Positions 28,388-36,452 are shown, counted from the first letter of the stretch. The stretch is DNA of 64,000 nucleotides from Ignavibacteria bacterium (GCA_040290295.1 PSMW01000012.1:37519-101518); one strand, 5' to 3'. Numbers and translations are program-made. The notes: a model not told the origin generated them from the letters alone.

Positions 28388-29613
28388 GACCGATAGCTCC
28401 CGTTGATGACGACGTACTGTTCTGAAAAATCGCACGTCCACACCGTAGCTTTACCTTCTCCACCATGCAGACGAATGTGGAGAGCGATGAAATCGCCTGC
28501 GAGTGTTCTGTTCGCCTCACGGTTGCCAAGAGGCACGACGAAGTTTTGTGAGAGAATGGGAATCGTGTTGATGACAATCTCACACTTGGCAGGATCGAAC
28601 TCGATGCCTGAGTATCCGACGGCAGCGATGATGCGTCCCCAGTTTGCATCTTCTCCATGAAGCGCTGTCTTGACGAGCGGCGAGAGTGCAACCGCTTTTG
28701 CCGCCCTTACAGCATCCACGCTGCTCGTCGCACCTTCGACGGTAATTTCCACGAGCTTGGTCGCTCCCTCTCCATCACGCACGATGGCAAGTGCGAGTTG
28801 CTTGAGCACGTGCTCGAAATGCTGGGCGAAGCGTTTGAAGCTTTGTGTTCCGGGTCGCAATATCCCGCCCCCCGACGCGCCGTTGGCAAGCGCAATCACC
28901 ATGTCGTTCGTACTGGTATCACCATCCACGACAATCCGATTGAACGTTCTGTCCACCGCGCCTTTGAGCAACTCTTGAAACACTTCTCGCTCGATAGCAA
29001 CGTCCGTCGTGACGAAGGCAAGCATGGTTGCCATGTTCGGATGAATCATGCCCGAACCTTTAGCGATACCGCCGATGTGCACGACGCGTCCCTCAAGTTC
29101 GAACGTCGCCGTTGCAACTTTCTTGAATGTATCGGTGGTCATGATCGCCTCGGCAGCACTGTCGTGTTCGGATTCGCTGAGGAGCGCGCTTGCTGTGCGA
29201 ATACCTGGCTCGATCTTCTCCATGGGAAGCGGCTCGCCGATAACGCCGGTGGATGCAACAAGGACTTCAGTAGGATAGACGCCAAGCGCTTCCGCCGCGA
29301 CTTCCACCATGGTGCATGCGTCGGCGTAGCCACGGTCTCCTGTGCACGCATTGGCGTTGCCGCTGTTGATGACAATCGCACGAAATGTTTTGCGGAGAGA
29401 AAAGTGACGCTTGCTCAAGAGCACGGGTGCTGCTTGAACGCGATTTTGCGTGAAGACTGCTGCCGCGGTTGCCGGCACGTCTGAAACGATAAGGGCGAGA
29501 TCTTTCTTGGCTTTCTTGATGCCACAGTGAATTCCCACCGCACGAAACCCACGCGGCAGCGTGATGCCATCGCGTGTTGCAACATCTGAAGCGGTCAATT
29601 CTTCGTGGAGCAT
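28384..29613 (-). CDS. argJ: Bifunctional glutamate N-acetyltransferase / amino-acid acetyltransferase
   Basis: 409 aa. GFRAVGIHCGIKK, the autoprocessing site context HPNMATMLAFVTTD, and the YRS C-terminus typical of ArgJ. Confidence 0.93.
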   Translation of the reverse strand: MLHEELTASDVATRDGITLPRGFRAVGIHCGIKKAKKDLALIVSDVPATAAAVFTQNRVQAAPVLLSKRHFSLRKTFRAIVINSGNANACTGDRGYADACTMVEVAAEALGVYPTEVLVASTGVIGEPLPMEKIEPGIRTASALLSESEHDSAAEAIMTTDTFKKVATATFELEGRVVHIGGIAKGSGMIHPNMATMLAFVTTDVAIEREVFQELLKGAVDRTFNRIVVDGDTSTNDMVIALANGASGGGILRPGTQSFKRFAQHFEHVLKQLALAIVRDGEGATKLVEITVEGATSSVDAVRAAKAVALSPLVKTALHGEDANWGRIIAAVGYSGIEFDPAKCEIVINTIPILSQNFVVPLGNREANRTLAGDFIALHIRLHGGEGKATVWTCDFSEQYVVINGSYRS

Positions 29614-30626
29614 GGGAGTAATCCTTCTGTTTGTGGAAAATCCAACATCAGGTTCATATTCTGAACTGCTTGCCCTGCCGCGCCTTTCCCCAGATTGTCA
29701 AGCGCCGAAAAAAGGATCAGCGTCCGGCCATCGAGCACATAGCCGATGTCGCAGAAGTTCGAGTGCAACACATCTTTCATTTCCGGGATAGCCGGCGCAA
29801 GCGTGCGTACAAAGGGTGAGGAAGCGTACGCAGCAGTAAACGCAGAGCGGAGGTCTGCTGCCCCGACTCCGTCTTGCACGCGACAATGTATCGTCGTATA
29901 AATCCCCCGCGTGACCGGCAAAAGGTGAGGAACGAACGAAAAATCTACATTTCTCCCTCCAAAGAGTTTGAGATAGAGCTGGATTTCAGGAATGTGTTGG
30001 TGGTTGCCGACCTTGTACGCTCGTACACTGTCGTTTACCTCGCTGAACATCATGGACTCCGTTACCGTTCTTCCCGCGCCCGACGTACCGCTGTATGACG
30101 TAATCGCAATGGTTGACTCCGAGAGCAGACCCGATGCCAGGAGCGGAAGAAGAGCAAGGTGAATGCTCGTCGGGTAACATCCGGGGTTGGCAATCAACGC
30201 CGCCTTCCGAATAGCGTCGCAATTCCATTCGCTCAACCCATACACCGCATGCGAAAGAAGCTCGGGTGCGCGATGTTCATGACCATAGTAACGTAGGTAG
30301 AGTGAAGGGTCGTTCAAGCGGAAATCCCCACCGAGGTCCACAACACGACAGCCTGCCGCAAGAGATTCCGGGACAATCGGTGCTGAATGACCTGAGGGCA
30401 GAGCAACGAAAAGCAGATCGATGCCCTTGAGAGAAGAGGGATCAAACTCTTCGACCGTTCGTGCCAGCATTCCGCGTAAGGAAGGATGTACCTCGTCGAT
30501 GCGCTTCCCTTTCGACGCGTTTCCAAAAAGTCGTTCGATGCGAACGCGCGGATGCGCGAGCAGCAATCGGAGAAGCTCTGCCCCCGAGTAGCCTGAAGCA
30601 CCGACAACGCCGATCCGAATCATCAT
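29595..30626 (-). CDS. argC: N-acetyl-gamma-glutamyl-phosphate reductase
   Basis: From ATG 30626: MMIRIGVVGASGYSGAELLRLL, and active-site NPGCYPTS. Earlier track codons are upstream of the promoter elements. Confidence 0.93.
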   Translation of the reverse strand: MMIRIGVVGASGYSGAELLRLLLAHPRVRIERLFGNASKGKRIDEVHPSLRGMLARTVEEFDPSSLKGIDLLFVALPSGHSAPIVPESLAAGCRVVDLGGDFRLNDPSLYLRYYGHEHRAPELLSHAVYGLSEWNCDAIRKAALIANPGCYPTSIHLALLPLLASGLLSESTIAITSYSGTSGAGRTVTESMMFSEVNDSVRAYKVGNHQHIPEIQLYLKLFGGRNVDFSFVPHLLPVTRGIYTTIHCRVQDGVGAADLRSAFTAAYASSPFVRTLAPAIPEMKDVLHSNFCDIGYVLDGRTLILFSALDNLGKGAAGQAVQNMNLMLDFPQTEGLLPCSTKN

Positions 30627-30649
30627 CAAACAAATCTGACAGACATTTG

Positions 30650-30678
30650 TTGCATGATTATACATCAATTCGTATAAT
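30650..30678 (+). promoter_or_regulatory. P(argD): TTGCAT-N17-TATAAT
   Basis: Plus strand: TTGCAT at 30650-30655, a 17-nt spacer, TATAAT at 30673-30678. The argD ATG is at 30718. Confidence 0.55.
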
Positions 30679-30684
30679 TATGCA
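30651..30684. promoter_or_regulatory. Candidate ArgR operator: two inverted ARG-box-like half sites forming a 34-bp imperfect palindrome
   Basis: The sequence is TGCATGATTATACA-TCAATT-CGTATAATTATGCA. By hand, each 14-mer matches about 10-11 of 14 positions of the E. coli-type ARG-box core TGAAT-WWWW-ATTCA. The site centres are 20 bp apart, and the operator covers the -10/-35 boxes of both promoters. argR is encoded in the controlled operon. Confidence 0.5.
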
Positions 30685-30685
30685 A
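30657..30685 (-). promoter_or_regulatory. P(argC operon): TTGCAT-N17-TATAAT, face-to-face and overlapping with P(argD)
   Basis: Minus strand: TTGCAT at 30685-30680, a 17-nt spacer, TATAAT at 30662-30657. The argC ATG is at 30626. Confidence 0.55.
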
Positions 30686-30717
30686 GCATTTTTTTACCCA
30701 CAACGACCAGCACACAG

Positions 30718-31914
30718 ATGACTCTTCTCGAGCGAGAGACGCGAGCATTCCTTTCCACCTACAAGCGGCTGCCGGTGGAAATCGTCCGCGGCAACGGCAT
30801 GTACTTGTACGATAAGGATGACAATGCATACCTCGACTTCCTTGGAGGCGTTGCCGTCAACGCATTGGGGTACGGTCATACCGCACTTCAGCGCGCCATA
30901 ACGGAACAGGCTGCGCGCTACATCCATATCTCCAACTCTTTTGCTCAAGAGCCACAGATCGTGCTTGCGGAGATGTTGAAGGAGATAACGCAGTATGAGC
31001 GCGTTTTTTTCTGCAACAGCGGCACTGAAGCAACGGAAGCAGCCATCAAGCTTGCGCGCAAATGGGGTGCTGCAACCTGGCGATCGACTCTCGTCTCCAT
31101 GGAAAACAGTTTTCACGGACGCACGCTGGGTGCGCTTTCGCTCATGACCAACGCCGACTACCGGGAGGGGTTCGGGCCGTTTTTGGAAGGCTGCTCAGCC
31201 ATCCCTTTCAATGATGTTGCCGCATTGGAAAATGTTGTGGGCACCAAAACTGCAGCAGTCTTTTTCGAGTGCATCCAAGGAGAAGGCGGCATCGTCGAGA
31301 TGAGGAATGAATTTGCACAGCGCTTGAACGCATTGAGAGACCGATTCGGGTTCCTGCTGATTGCTGACGAAGTGCAATCGGGCATCGGACGCACCGGGAA
31401 GTTTCTTGCTTGCGAGCATTACGATGTGAAGCCGGATATCGTCACGCTCGCGAAGCCGTTGGGGGGCGGACTTCCACTCGGTGCCGTTCTCGTCAATCAG
31501 CGCGTGAGTGATGTGCTGAAACCCGGCAACCACGGAACAACGTTTGGCGGCAATCCCGTTGCATGCGCGGCAGGAAGAGTTGTGCTGCATGAGATCGTTC
31601 ACAACGGCATTATGCACAACGCGGCGTTGATGGGCGACTTCCTCGTGGAGAAGCTCCGCGCGCTACAACGCACCGTTCCACATCTGATCAAGGACGTGCG
31701 CGGTAAGGGACTGATGGTGGGAATGGAACTCTCAGCCCCCGGAAAGCCTGTCATGGACGCCCTGCTCGAGCATCGGATTCTCCTGAACTGCACACACACA
31801 ACCGTCTTACGCTTCCTCCCTCCTCTCATCGTGGAGAAGAGTCATATCGAGCAACTGTGTGGACACCTCGCGGAGGTACTGCCAAAGGCGATGAGTGGGA
31901 CAAATCTCGTCTAA
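30718..31914 (+). CDS. argD: Acetylornithine aminotransferase
   Basis: 398 aa class-III aminotransferase: FCNSGTEATEAAIKLAR, LIADEVQSGIGRTGK, TLAKPLGGG (PLP lysine context). Confidence 0.92.
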   Translation: MTLLERETRAFLSTYKRLPVEIVRGNGMYLYDKDDNAYLDFLGGVAVNALGYGHTALQRAITEQAARYIHISNSFAQEPQIVLAEMLKEITQYERVFFCNSGTEATEAAIKLARKWGAATWRSTLVSMENSFHGRTLGALSLMTNADYREGFGPFLEGCSAIPFNDVAALENVVGTKTAAVFFECIQGEGGIVEMRNEFAQRLNALRDRFGFLLIADEVQSGIGRTGKFLACEHYDVKPDIVTLAKPLGGGLPLGAVLVNQRVSDVLKPGNHGTTFGGNPVACAAGRVVLHEIVHNGIMHNAALMGDFLVEKLRALQRTVPHLIKDVRGKGLMVGMELSAPGKPVMDALLEHRILLNCTHTTVLRFLPPLIVEKSHIEQLCGHLAEVLPKAMSGTNLV

Positions 31915-32036
31915 GCCGACAATCGTGTGCTTCAGATTTTCAAGCACCAAAGTACAAGGCACAAGAAAGGGCGCCAACAGTGGGAGTTTGAAATTTCTAC
32001 GGAGAATTCATTGGGAGCAAAACTGCCGACTTCTCG

Positions 32037-32098
32037 CCGCGTTTGGCGCATCTCGGAAAGCACGTGGCGCCTTCAGCGCCAAGGTCGAGGGTTCGCTT
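32037..32098 (+). pseudogene. Truncated tRNA-like remnant (5' two-thirds of a cloverleaf; no T-stem 3' half or acceptor 3' strand)
   Basis: It can be laid out as acceptor-5' CCGCGTT, a D-arm GCGC/GCAC (3 of 4 pairs), an anticodon arm TGGCG-CCTTCAG-CGCCA (5 of 5 pairs, C at position 33), the variable loop AGGTC, and GAGGG-TTC. The 13 nt AGGTCGAGGGTTC (32082-32094) are identical to 32257-32269 of the adjacent tRNA-Pro. After that the similarity ends. Confidence 0.4.
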
Positions 32099-32211
32099 GA
32101 TGATCGTGGCTTCTCTCTGACGTCATCAGGTTCCCCTCCCACCTTTTCACCTATCGCTGCGTCAGCGTTGCTTCCGACGGAAGATTTGAATAAGTTAGTG
32201 CCGGCTTCTTT

Positions 32212-32286
32212 CGGGGTGTGGCGCAGCCCGGGTAGCGCGCACGGTTCGGGACCGTGAGGTCGAGGGTTCAAATCCCTCCACCCCGA
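32212..32286 (+). tRNA. tRNA-Pro (anticodon CGG)
   Basis: A hand-folded 75-nt cloverleaf: acceptor CGGGGTG/CACCCCG, D-stem GCGC/GCGC, anticodon arm CACGG-TTCGGGA-CCGTG (CGG, G37), variable loop AGGTC, T-arm GAGGG-TTCAAAT-CCCTC, discriminator A. No CCA is encoded. Confidence 0.93.
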
Positions 32287-32516
32287 CAATGTTCACGACC
32301 TACACTCTCTTCAGTCCTTCGGCACACCGCTACCACATCGCTTCCGTATAGGATCTCGCTCACCGACCTCGTGAGCACAACGCCAGAAGAAACGTTCTAT
32401 CTTCGCTTCGGCAGCTCTTGGGCTGGTAACTGGTGGGCAACCTCTGCTCTTAACACGAGCTTTGACGTACAAGGCGAGCGATCCTATAGTTGCAACGTAC
32501 AGCCTACCAACGAGAT

Positions 32517-32885
32517 TTAGTTTTTGAAAAACATATAGCCCGCAACGAAGAGGAGAAACACGGCAAAGAGTTTCCGCAACATGTCGGTCGAAAGCTCCAG
32601 CGCAATCTGCGAGCCGAAATACGTCCCCGCAAACAATCCTGCAGCGACGATCAATCCGTACTCGATGTGCTCGTTGGTGATGGCTCCGCTTCGATAGTAA
32701 CTCCACACGCCGAGAATTCCTACAGGTAGCAAGAGCGCAACAAGCGATGTCCCTGTTGCGGTTTGTGTGGGCATTCCGAGCAAGAGTATCAGCGCGGGCA
32801 CGATCAACACTCCTCCACCGATACCGAACATACCCGCAAGAATACCCGCTGTGGCACCAATCAATCCCAAATAGACCAGTTGCAT
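32517..32885 (-). CDS. TauE/SafE-family (sulfite exporter-like) membrane protein, half-size (122 aa)
   Basis: GATAGILAGMFGIGGGVLIVPALILLLGMPTQTATGTS is the family N-terminal motif. There are 4 predicted TM helices, against about 8 in typical ~250-aa members. The frame closes after 11 codons downstream, so I see no evidence of a broken second half. Confidence 0.7.
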   Translation of the reverse strand: MQLVYLGLIGATAGILAGMFGIGGGVLIVPALILLLGMPTQTATGTSLVALLLPVGILGVWSYYRSGAITNEHIEYGLIVAAGLFAGTYFGSQIALELSTDMLRKLFAVFLLFVAGYMFFKN

Positions 32886-32930
32886 GAATGACCCTTTCGT
32901 GTGAACGGATACGTTGCTGATTCGGCTTCG

Positions 32931-33911
32931 TCAGCAATCGTCGGTTGTGAATGCTCTGTAGATTTGCTGGGCAACGGTTGCAGGATTGGTATGCTCGTCC
33001 ATAGCAATCCACTGAATCCGCGTGTCGCGACGAAACCACGTCAGTTGTCGTTTTGCATAGCGGCGCGAGTTCTGTTTGAAGAGGCGCACCATCTCATCGT
33101 ACGAGAGTTCGCCTCGCCGATACGCAAATGCCTCCTCATAGCCGACCGTGTTCAAAGCGTTGAGCGTGGGAGTAAGCTTGCGGCGCTCGAGCTCCTCTAC
33201 TTCTTTCAACAAACCCGCTTGCAGCATTGCGTCGCAGCGTTGTTCGATCCGCCGATACAGTTGGCTGCGATCCCACGCGAGTCCAAAGAGTTTTGGAAGA
33301 AAGGAGATCGTAACGGCATGATGCCGGTGCACTTGCGACATCGGCTTACCTGTGAGGTGAAACACTTCGAGCGCACGGATAAGGCGCCGCGCATTATGTG
33401 GATCGATACGCGAGGCGGTGGCTGGGTCCACAGCCCGAAGCTCTTCTACTAATTTCGGCAACTCGCCAGCAGCCACTCGGCGATTGAGTCGATCACGAAA
33501 CTCCTTGTCGGCTCCGGGTCCCTCGAAGAAACCGTCGATCAGTGCTTGGATGTACAACCCGGATCCGCCGACGACGAGTGGCGTTCTGCCGCGAGCGAAG
33601 ATTGCGTCGATGACTTTTCTCCCTTTTGCACCGAACTCACCGGCGCTGAACTCGTGGTCGGGCGAAAATGCACTCACGAAGTGGTGCTTCACGAGCCGGA
33701 GTTGTTCGGGCGTGGGTTTTGCCGTGCCGATGTCGAGATACTTGTAAATCTGGCGGGAGTCGGCAGAAATGATTTCGACCGGAAGGAGCTGGGCAAGCCG
33801 AAGCGCAACGTCCGTCTTACCGGAAGCGGTAGGACCGACGAGCACCAAAACTTTTCGCGGTTGCTCGATGACTCGTTTCGCGGGAGAGGATGCAGCGCTT
33901 ACTTTGCCCAT
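32931..33911 (-). CDS. miaA: tRNA dimethylallyltransferase
   Basis: VLVGPTASGKTDVALRLAQLLPVEIISADSRQIYKYLDIGTAKP and GGSGLYIQAL. Confidence 0.93.
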   Translation of the reverse strand: MGKVSAASSPAKRVIEQPRKVLVLVGPTASGKTDVALRLAQLLPVEIISADSRQIYKYLDIGTAKPTPEQLRLVKHHFVSAFSPDHEFSAGEFGAKGRKVIDAIFARGRTPLVVGGSGLYIQALIDGFFEGPGADKEFRDRLNRRVAAGELPKLVEELRAVDPATASRIDPHNARRLIRALEVFHLTGKPMSQVHRHHAVTISFLPKLFGLAWDRSQLYRRIEQRCDAMLQAGLLKEVEELERRKLTPTLNALNTVGYEEAFAYRRGELSYDEMVRLFKQNSRRYAKRQLTWFRRDTRIQWIAMDEHTNPATVAQQIYRAFTTDDC

Positions 33912-34537
33912 CCCATCTTCCCGATGAGCGGGACGAATTTGAATCCGAACACCTCTTTGCGATCGAACTCCTCACCGCGACGCGTGACGACGAGAAGATT
34001 CTGAACATCCCAATCGCCGACCGGGATGACGAGTCTGCCGCCATCGGCAAGCTGTTTCAACAGTGGGTCGGGAACATCGGGCGCTGCGGCAGTGACGATG
34101 ATACCGTTGTACGGTGCAAACTCACTCCAACCCAGCGTTCCGTCCCCTGCTTTCGACGCCACACGATACCCGAGCTTTTCCAAAACTTTTCGAGCACGGG
34201 TGAGAAGTTCCATGTGTCGTTCGATCGTGAAGACATGCGCGCCCATCTCCGCGAGGATCGCCGCTTGGTACCCCGATCCCGTCCCAACTTCCAACACCTT
34301 ATCTCCCGGCTTTACCCCCAACGCTTGCGTCATAAACGCGACGGTGTACGGCTGCGAAATCGTCTGCATCATCCCAATGGGTAAGGCGGAGTCGTCGTAC
34401 GCGCGGTTCGTGAACGGCGGAGGCACGAACAGATGTCGCGGTACCTTTGCCATTGCTCCCAGCAATCGCTCGTCGGTGATGCCGCGATCCCTGAGAAGCG
34501 CGATCATGTCCTGAATTTCCGCGTCGAATCTTCCCAC
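33899..34537 (-). CDS. pcm: Protein-L-isoaspartate O-methyltransferase
   Basis: VPRHLFVP, QTISQPYTVAFM, VLEVGTGSGYQAAILA, GGRLVIPVG. Confidence 0.93.
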   Translation of the reverse strand: MGRFDAEIQDMIALLRDRGITDERLLGAMAKVPRHLFVPPPFTNRAYDDSALPIGMMQTISQPYTVAFMTQALGVKPGDKVLEVGTGSGYQAAILAEMGAHVFTIERHMELLTRARKVLEKLGYRVASKAGDGTLGWSEFAPYNGIIVTAAAPDVPDPLLKQLADGGRLVIPVGDWDVQNLLVVTRRGEEFDRKEVFGFKFVPLIGKMGWAK

Positions 34538-34573
34538 TGCAAATATCCGGTCTTTACATTCGCTTGAGCCACC

Positions 34574-35392
34574 TTATTCCGCTGTGCGCATCAGTCGCAT
34601 CACAGAGCTTAGCGACTTGTCAGCTTCCTTCGTCAATCGTTCTTTGAGTTCGCGCCTCAAGACGGCGGGTGTAAGCCCACGCGCCAGCACACCGTTCTCC
34701 GCCAAAGAGATCGTGCCGCTTTGTTCCGAAACGATCACCACGACCACATCGGCTTGCTCGGAGATTCCCAGCGCAGCGCGATGGCGCGTGCCGAGAGGAT
34801 GACCATCCCACTCTGCTGTCGCCGAGAGCGGTAGAATCACGTGCGCCGCCTCGATCAGCCTATCCTTAATCACGATGGCGCCATCGTGCAGAGGCGAGCG
34901 CGGATTGAAGATGGAAAGAATCAATGAACGACTGACAAGCGCCTCCATCTTCGTTCCGGTCTCGACGTGTCCTTTGATGCCGGTCGAGCGGACAAAGACG
35001 ATCAACGCTCCTTGCCTCTTACGCGCAAGCTCCGTTACTGCTGCAACAACTTCGTCGATGGATTCGTCGACGTTCGACCTGATGAAGTAGCGAATTATGG
35101 GATTTCTCCCCACCAACACCAACAAGCGTCGCAGTTCGGGTTGAAACAGAACGATAAACGCAATCACCCAAATGTCGGTCAGCGTCCTCAAGATCCAACT
35201 CATTGCACGCAAGTTGATCGCTTGGGCAAAGAACGAAAACGCCATGATCACGACCAGCCCGGCAAAGATCTGCGCGGCGATCGTCCCCTTCATCACCAAA
35301 TACAATCGATAAAAAATGAACGACACCAATGCCACATCGAATAAATCGACGAGGGTGAACGAAAGAAAACCGATTTTGAACAGTTCGATCAC
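34574..35392 (-). CDS. cdaA: Diadenylate cyclase CdaA (DisA_N domain, three N-terminal TM helices)
   Basis: GALIVF, SPLHDGAIVI, GTRHRAALGISEQADVVVVIVSEQSGTISLA (DGA/RHR motifs). It sits directly downstream of folP, an arrangement seen in Bacteroidetes-like genomes. Confidence 0.9.
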   Translation of the reverse strand: MIELFKIGFLSFTLVDLFDVALVSFIFYRLYLVMKGTIAAQIFAGLVVIMAFSFFAQAINLRAMSWILRTLTDIWVIAFIVLFQPELRRLLVLVGRNPIIRYFIRSNVDESIDEVVAAVTELARKRQGALIVFVRSTGIKGHVETGTKMEALVSRSLILSIFNPRSPLHDGAIVIKDRLIEAAHVILPLSATAEWDGHPLGTRHRAALGISEQADVVVVIVSEQSGTISLAENGVLARGLTPAVLRRELKERLTKEADKSLSSVMRLMRTAE

Positions 35393-36286
35393 CTAACTCC
35401 TCTTGACCCGTGCTTCGTTGATTGTCGAACGTTTGATTGCGTCTGCTATCATGACGGCGCGTGTGGTGGCTTGGACGTCGTGCACTCGCAGGATATGCGC
35501 GCCGTGCAACACTGCTGCTACCCCCGCAGCGAGCGAACCCTCCAGTCGATCAGTGACAGGAAGGTTCAGCAGCGCTCCGATGAAGGACTTACGTGAAGCA
35601 CCGACGCACACCGGGTAGCCTAACGCACAGAAGTGCTCCAGGCAGGCAAGGAGTTGCAGGTTGTGCTCGGTGGTCTTGCCGAAGCCGATGCCCGGATCGA
35701 TAATGATTTGCTCGATGCCCGCAGAGCGTGCGAGCGCAATCCCTTCGGAGAGAGAGGTTGTTATCTCCCCTAAGAGATCGTCGTATGTCGGGTTCAGTTG
35801 CATCGTCTTTGGCGTGCCTTTGATGTGCATAATAATGACCGACGCATGAGCTTCAGCAACAATCTCAGGCATGCTGGGATCGAAGCGCATTCCGCTGATG
35901 TCGTTCACGATCACTGCACCTGCACGCAGTGCTTCGCGCGCCACTTCTGCTTTGTAGGTGTCGATCGAAAGGGGAATGTCCGTCAGCTTCGCCACACGTT
36001 CAATCACGGGGATGACGCGTTGCAATTCTTCTTCGACGCTCACAGGCTCAGCACCTTCGCCATACGCCGCACTGCGCGGGCGCGTCGACTCTCCTCCCAC
36101 ATCGATGATGTCGGCACCCTCATCGATCATCGCAAGGGCATGTTGCACTGCCGCCTCGGGATCGAGGTACTTTCCCCCATCGGAAAACGAATCGGGCGTA
36201 ACATTCAAAACTCCCATCACGTGTGTCCGGGCACCAAGGTCGTACTGCCTTGTACCAAAGCGATATGTCAACGACAAACCTTTCAT
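35393..36286 (-). CDS. folP: Dihydropteroate synthase
   Basis: VMGVLNVTPDSFSDGG, IIDVGGESTRP, ISIDTYKAEVA, IVNDISG, IDPGIGFGKT. The start is taken at ATG 36286; the track ORF begins at a TTG 4 codons earlier. Confidence 0.92.
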   Translation of the reverse strand: MKGLSLTYRFGTRQYDLGARTHVMGVLNVTPDSFSDGGKYLDPEAAVQHALAMIDEGADIIDVGGESTRPRSAAYGEGAEPVSVEEELQRVIPVIERVAKLTDIPLSIDTYKAEVAREALRAGAVIVNDISGMRFDPSMPEIVAEAHASVIIMHIKGTPKTMQLNPTYDDLLGEITTSLSEGIALARSAGIEQIIIDPGIGFGKTTEHNLQLLACLEHFCALGYPVCVGASRKSFIGALLNLPVTDRLEGSLAAGVAAVLHGAHILRVHDVQATTRAVMIADAIKRSTINEARVKRS

Positions 36287-36301
36287 CTCACGCACCAAAG
36301 C

Positions 36302-36325
36302 AAAAAGGTGACTTCATCAGTCACC
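36302..36325 (-). terminator. Intrinsic terminator between the 33-aa ORF and folP
   Basis: The minus strand reads GGTGACT-GATGA-AGTCACC (perfect 7-bp stem) followed by TTTTTGCTTT. It lies 10 nt after the small-ORF stop and only about 15 nt before the folP ATG. Confidence 0.6.
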
Positions 36326-36335
36326 CTCTTGCGCC

Positions 36336-36437
36336 TCACGATGATGCTTTCTTTGCCATCTCTGCTTTGCGCTTTGCCTTCATCCGCTCGATGGCTTTCT
36401 TGTGCTTCTTGCGCACCATTCTGAGCTTCTTGTTCAT
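36336..36437 (-). CDS. Candidate 33-aa lysine-rich small protein (below the ORF-track cutoff)
   Basis: The translation is MNKKLRMVRKKHKKAIERMKAKRKAEMAKKASS (15 of 33 residues are K/R). A GGAGA Shine-Dalgarno-like site lies about 9 nt upstream and overlaps the stop of the LON-domain gene. An intrinsic terminator follows immediately. I recognise no homologue. Confidence 0.4.
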   Translation of the reverse strand: MNKKLRMVRKKHKKAIERMKAKRKAEMAKKASS

Positions 36438-36452
36438 AGCAACGATTCTCCA

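Noticed and set aside
31915-32036. Possible small RNA (SRP, RNase P, tmRNA or 6S) in the long argD-tRNA spacer
   Set aside because: None of the conserved cores I know is present: the SRP GGAA/AGCA domain IV, the RNase P GAGGAAAGTCC motif, or the tmRNA tRNA-like ends. Only a weak hairpin (GTGCTT..AAGCAC) occurs after argD.
32311-33039. 242-aa minus-strand ORF spanning the TauE gene and the miaA 3' end
   Set aside because: It is in a different frame from the TauE-like ORF, which shows the family GxGGG motif and TM helices. Its translation is Arg/Cys/His-rich and crosses an intergenic region. It is not credible.
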